A stretch of 36,993 nt of DNA from a virus (lineage: Duplodnaviria > Caudoviricetes), in the IMG/VR virus record IMGVR_UViG_3300012348_000031, positions 1 through 36,993 of that record; one strand, 5' to 3'. Below are positions 34,308-36,993 of this stretch, piece after piece. Under the pieces are notes generated by a model, which was not told the origin of the DNA, did not search any database, and saw only the letters and a program-made list of their open reading frames with translations. A program made the position numbers and the translations under genes. The stretch's first letter is position 1; the number at the start of each line of letters is the position of its first letter.

Positions 34308-34511
34308 GTGAGCACTCACATTCTGGGATCTAAGATTTAAGCCATTTTTTGTAGTTGATGCTACCTATCCATTAGGAAACGAAAAAGTAAGCTAAAAAAG
34401 CCCTTAAAATTGATTTAAGCACGCCTCTAGACCATAACTCACGCATAGGTTTCTGCTGCTAAGTTAGTGAGTGCCAACTAACATCGATGATGTAAGTGAG
34501 TGCTAACTAAC
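34308..34511. promoter_or_regulatory. three SlmA-binding-site (SBS)-like sequences
   Basis: GTGAGCACTCAC (34308-34319), GTTAGTGAGTGCCAACTAAC (34463-34482), GTAAGTGAGTGCTAACTAAC (34492-34511). Confidence 0.55.
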
Positions 34512-34518
34512 AAAAAAC

Positions 34519-34535
34519 TAAGGGTAAACCCTAAT
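34519..34535. promoter_or_regulatory. copy of dispersed palindrome
   Basis: TAAGGGTAAACCCTAAT. Confidence 0.6.
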
Positions 34536-34626
34536 CAAGGACCATTTTTCAGAAAAGTCGCATTTGGTATTTTGGAAAGTGATTTAACCAATTTTTTAAA
34601 CTTCAAAGTTTTTGAAACTTTTGAAA

Positions 34627-34911
34627 TTAAAAAGGGTTTTCATTTTCAGACCTGGCAGACAAAAGTCGTTGGATTGTGATGTTGAGGGCATCAATCTCAT
34701 CCATTTTCTTGATGTGCCACATTCTTTTCTGACCATGCCATCCTAGTATGGAATTGGTGTGGCAATCAGGACATAGGGCTATGCAGGTGTACTGAAGACC
34801 TTGCTTAACATGATGGGCTTCTGATGGTCCTGACGCATCACATACTGAACATGGAAGAGATTTAACCAATGCCAGGTGCAATCTTTCCTTGTTGTTCAGT
34901 TTGTTGTTCAT
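34627..34911 (-). CDS. Ref/DUF968-like Zn-binding HNH-type nuclease
   Basis: LPCSVC...EAHH...IALCPDCH. Confidence 0.7.
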   Translation of the reverse strand: MNNKLNNKERLHLALVKSLPCSVCDASGPSEAHHVKQGLQYTCIALCPDCHTNSILGWHGQKRMWHIKKMDEIDALNITIQRLLSARSENENPF

Positions 34912-35234
34912 TGTGTGGCTCTGGTTTCCATTCTTGCTGAATACTGGTTGGTACGCCAAACTTCAATCCTTGCTTGGGCAGCAGTCATCAACCAACGATA
35001 TTTCTCTTCTTTCTCTACTGCAGCTTTGATACCCTCTAGGACTTGGATGTACTCTTCATGGGCATAGGCAAAGGTTTCTTGTTTACCCAGAACTTCCGTT
35101 CCTGCTTGGCTCATCAGGTGAGCCTTCTTGGACTTGCGGAACTCCTCCAGATATAGGCGCTCTGACTTCGCTTGGGCGTACAAGGGTGCGGTGTCGATCA
35201 AATACTGAATTGCTTTGTCGGGGCTGGTCTCCAT
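34908..35234 (-). CDS. conserved helical phage protein
   Basis: YAQAKSERLYLEEFRK...AYAHEEY...IEVWRT. Confidence 0.75.
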   Translation of the reverse strand: METSPDKAIQYLIDTAPLYAQAKSERLYLEEFRKSKKAHLMSQAGTEVLGKQETFAYAHEEYIQVLEGIKAAVEKEEKYRWLMTAAQARIEVWRTNQYSARMETRATQ

Positions 35235-35409
35235 GAATCAATCTCCAATGTTTCTCTGCTAAACGTCTAATCCCTTCGGACAAAGAACCATTCCCCGCCA
35301 AAGTCAAAGCTTGTTCGTGAACAGGAGCTACCCTTGCTCGGATAGTCCTGCCCTCTTCGCTGATCTTCTTTCGACCAGCACCTTTTCTGGAGCCGCCACG
35401 TTGTTTCAT
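35083..35409 (-). CDS. small DNA-binding protein (GGxRxGAGRK plus RHH-like segment)
   Basis: RGGSRKGAGRKK...RTIRARV...GNGSLSEGIRR; TATAAT 7 nt upstream of the ATG; C-terminus overlaps the next gene. Confidence 0.65.
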   Translation of the reverse strand: MKQRGGSRKGAGRKKISEEGRTIRARVAPVHEQALTLAGNGSLSEGIRRLAEKHWRLIHGDQPRQSNSVFDRHRTLVRPSEVRAPISGGVPQVQEGSPDEPSRNGSSG

Positions 35410-35431
35410 GGCTTGAATTATAGCTACAGAA

Positions 35432-35893
35432 TCAAACTATCTCCACTACTTTGTCTCCATGAGACTTGATGTAATTCTGGGTTTTAACAATGTATTTCTC
35501 AAACTCAGACCTTGGAATACTGGATTGCTGTAGGTCAGCAAACTCAATTAAGTCCCTGATGGCTTGAATGCCAACACCATCTAACCCCATCTTCATGGTT
35601 TCTTGATAGCGCATGGCAGCCTTGTGTAGGCTTTCTTGGGCTTTCTCACAGATAGGTAGAACCTCTGGACCAATACCACCTTTCCCCATCATCTCAGCCA
35701 GGTTCATCACATCTACCAATGTTCTCCAGTCTTGGATGGTTCCTAAACCTTTTGTGATTGCGTCTAGAGCTGCGTACTCAAGAAGTCTGAGTTTGTCCAA
35801 CCTCTCCCTGTGGGTTATTGATGCCCCCACGATGGCGTGCGTGATTGGATTCACTAGATTCCAGATTACTTTTCTCTTTGTTTTTTTCCGCAT
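35432..35893 (-). CDS. conserved phage protein
   Basis: MRKKTKRK...NPITHAI...DWRTLVDVMNLAE. Confidence 0.75.
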   Translation of the reverse strand: MRKKTKRKVIWNLVNPITHAIVGASITHRERLDKLRLLEYAALDAITKGLGTIQDWRTLVDVMNLAEMMGKGGIGPEVLPICEKAQESLHKAAMRYQETMKMGLDGVGIQAIRDLIEFADLQQSSIPRSEFEKYIVKTQNYIKSHGDKVVEIV

Positions 35894-35984
35894 TGTCTCT
35901 ACCAAAAATAGCATCCCACCGATTAGAGTATTCTTCATTGCTTACTGAAAATTTCCTTGGTGTTGAGCCTTTACTCATCATCAT
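35778..35984 (-). CDS. hypothetical protein
   Basis: SKGSTPRKFSVSNEEYSNRWDAIFG; GGAGG RBS; overlaps the downstream gene. Confidence 0.55.
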   Translation of the reverse strand: MMMSKGSTPRKFSVSNEEYSNRWDAIFGRDNAEKNKEKSNLESSESNHARHRGGINNPQGEVGQTQTS

Positions 35985-36129
35985 CCTCCAAGCTTTCTGT
36001 TATCAACTGTTGTTTTACAAGTTCCAAAGCACCAATAACTGTAGCCATATACATGGTTTCATCTCTTTGATGAACAACATGAAGTAAATCTGAAACTAAT
36101 CGATCAATATATTTACCTTGTTCAATCAT
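35971..36129 (-). CDS. hypothetical protein
   Basis: MIEQGKYIDRL...TVIGALELVKQQL; GGAGG RBS; ATGA coupling. Confidence 0.7.
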   Translation of the reverse strand: MIEQGKYIDRLVSDLLHVVHQRDETMYMATVIGALELVKQQLITESLEDDDE

Positions 36130-36317
36130 TGCTTTCCTCCATCTATTCGGTTTTGTTTCAGATGTACTCCAGTAATCTTTTTTAACCAGCAGGATTGACA
36201 CATCCATTTGTGACCAATTTCAATGCCTCCTTCTGGTGGTTTATCAGTATCGCATTTAGCGCAAAGTTTGAACTTATGTGTTGAAAAAGTTGCACCTAAA
36301 TCAATTTGAGGCATCAT
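36126..36317 (-). CDS. small zinc-finger protein
   Basis: CAKC...KPPEGG...WMCQSCW. Confidence 0.75.
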   Translation of the reverse strand: MMPQIDLGATFSTHKFKLCAKCDTDKPPEGGIEIGHKWMCQSCWLKKITGVHLKQNRIDGGKQ

Positions 36318-36430
36318 TTTGCTTCCCCCTTAATGCCGTGTGCGGCTTCGATGGCTCTGGCAAAGTTCAAATAGAAATCTAAGCCATTTGTGGTGGAAAA
36401 GATTTCGGTGATTTCCTCATCCGTCAGCGG
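36314..36430 (-). pseudogene. C-terminal fragment (PLTDEEI...FARAIEAAHGI) of a gene interrupted by the HNH cassette
   Basis: Typical phage C-terminal module lacking its own clear start; the matching PPQRK lies at 36979-36993. Confidence 0.5.
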
Positions 36431-36449
36431 CAAACATTTGCAAGTGCAT

Positions 36450-36926
36450 TTAGCCGTGATTTGCATATTGTCCATGTTCTTTTTCTCTAAATGTTTTGAC
36501 TGCTTTGATTGCATCTTGAATCCTTATAAATCGCCCAATAGTTTTTTGTTTTCCGTTTACTCTGCAAGCGGCTTCCCATCTTTCACTTTGTTTATGCCAC
36601 CAAACACCCTTATGACCAGATTTATTTGTTGACCTTTTCTTTTCATTCCAATGATTTAAGGTGTTATCAACTTCACGCAAATTTTCAATTTTGTTATTAG
36701 TTTTATTACCATCTATATGGTCAATCATTGTTGGCATTTGTTTATGTACAAGTAACCAAATTATTCGATGTGCCAAATAGCGTTTTTTTGCAACTTGCAC
36801 AACAACATATCCTCGATTACTAACAGATTTAACTTGCGCACCAGATTTAATTGTTCCAAATGATTTCTTCCAAACTAAAAAACCATCTTGGTAATCAAAC
36901 AAAGATTTAGCAATTTCGTAATTCAT
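36450..36926 (-). CDS. HNH homing endonuclease with AP2-like C-terminus
   Basis: YLAHRIIW...IDHIDGNKTNNKIENLR; NKSGHKGVWW...WEA. Confidence 0.9.
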   Translation of the reverse strand: MNYEIAKSLFDYQDGFLVWKKSFGTIKSGAQVKSVSNRGYVVVQVAKKRYLAHRIIWLLVHKQMPTMIDHIDGNKTNNKIENLREVDNTLNHWNEKKRSTNKSGHKGVWWHKQSERWEAACRVNGKQKTIGRFIRIQDAIKAVKTFREKEHGQYANHG

Positions 36927-36944
36927 AAAAAACTCCTTTGCTAT

Positions 36945-36973
36945 ATTTTATCTGTTATTACTTGCGTAGTCAA
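36945..36973 (-). promoter_or_regulatory. sigma70 promoter of the HNH gene
   Basis: TTGACT-17 nt-TAAAAT, then AGGAG RBS. Confidence 0.8.
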
Positions 36974-36993
36974 TCTACCTTGCGCTGTGGTGG

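Noticed and set aside
34492-34511. CIRCE (HrcA) element
   Set aside because: Only the GAGTGCTAA arm is present; there is no TTAGCACTC arm 9 nt upstream.
36431-36978. Group I intron around the HNH gene
   Set aside because: Non-coding flanks are too short for the catalytic core, the 5' exon does not end in U, and the insert has its own promoter.
1-36993. Exact circular closure of the window ends
   Set aside because: Both ends are minus-strand small-gene regions, but I saw no terminal repeat and the right end looks like the interior of a different gene; some sequence is probably missing.

Overview
The window holds a near-complete (~37 kb) tailed dsDNA phage genome with podovirus-like (P22-type) architecture. 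A freshwater betaproteobacterial host is plausible, but that is an inference. The minus-strand late block (31448->6708) runs: terS, terL, small basic proteins, portal, scaffold, major capsid, a glycosyltransferase, adaptor and tail proteins, a LamG-repeat receptor-binding protein, a gp10-like hub, three DNA-ejection proteins (one with an SLT domain), and an extended lysis cassette (GH19 endolysin, Rz with embedded Rz1). A divergent region at 1-6718 carries replication, recombination and nucleotide genes (DUF1376 initiator, RusA, ERF, SSB, MazG, glutaredoxin). A plus-strand cassette of small early genes lies at 32109-34250. No integrase, CI-like repressor, DNA polymerase, tape measure, tRNA or CRISPR was recognised. 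Main observations: (1) a C5 DNA methyltransferase locus encoded in two fully overlapping frames, with catalytic motifs I-VIII and X in one frame and four TRD-like repeats plus motif IX in the other; (2) non-coding blocks flanking the early cassette that carry host-regulator-like sites (SlmA SBS-like, LexA, Fur, IHF, sigma54-like) and a dispersed palindrome; (3) three candidate structured RNAs; (4) an HNH cassette with its own promoter that appears to split a gene. All family assignments come from motif recognition by eye, not database searches.
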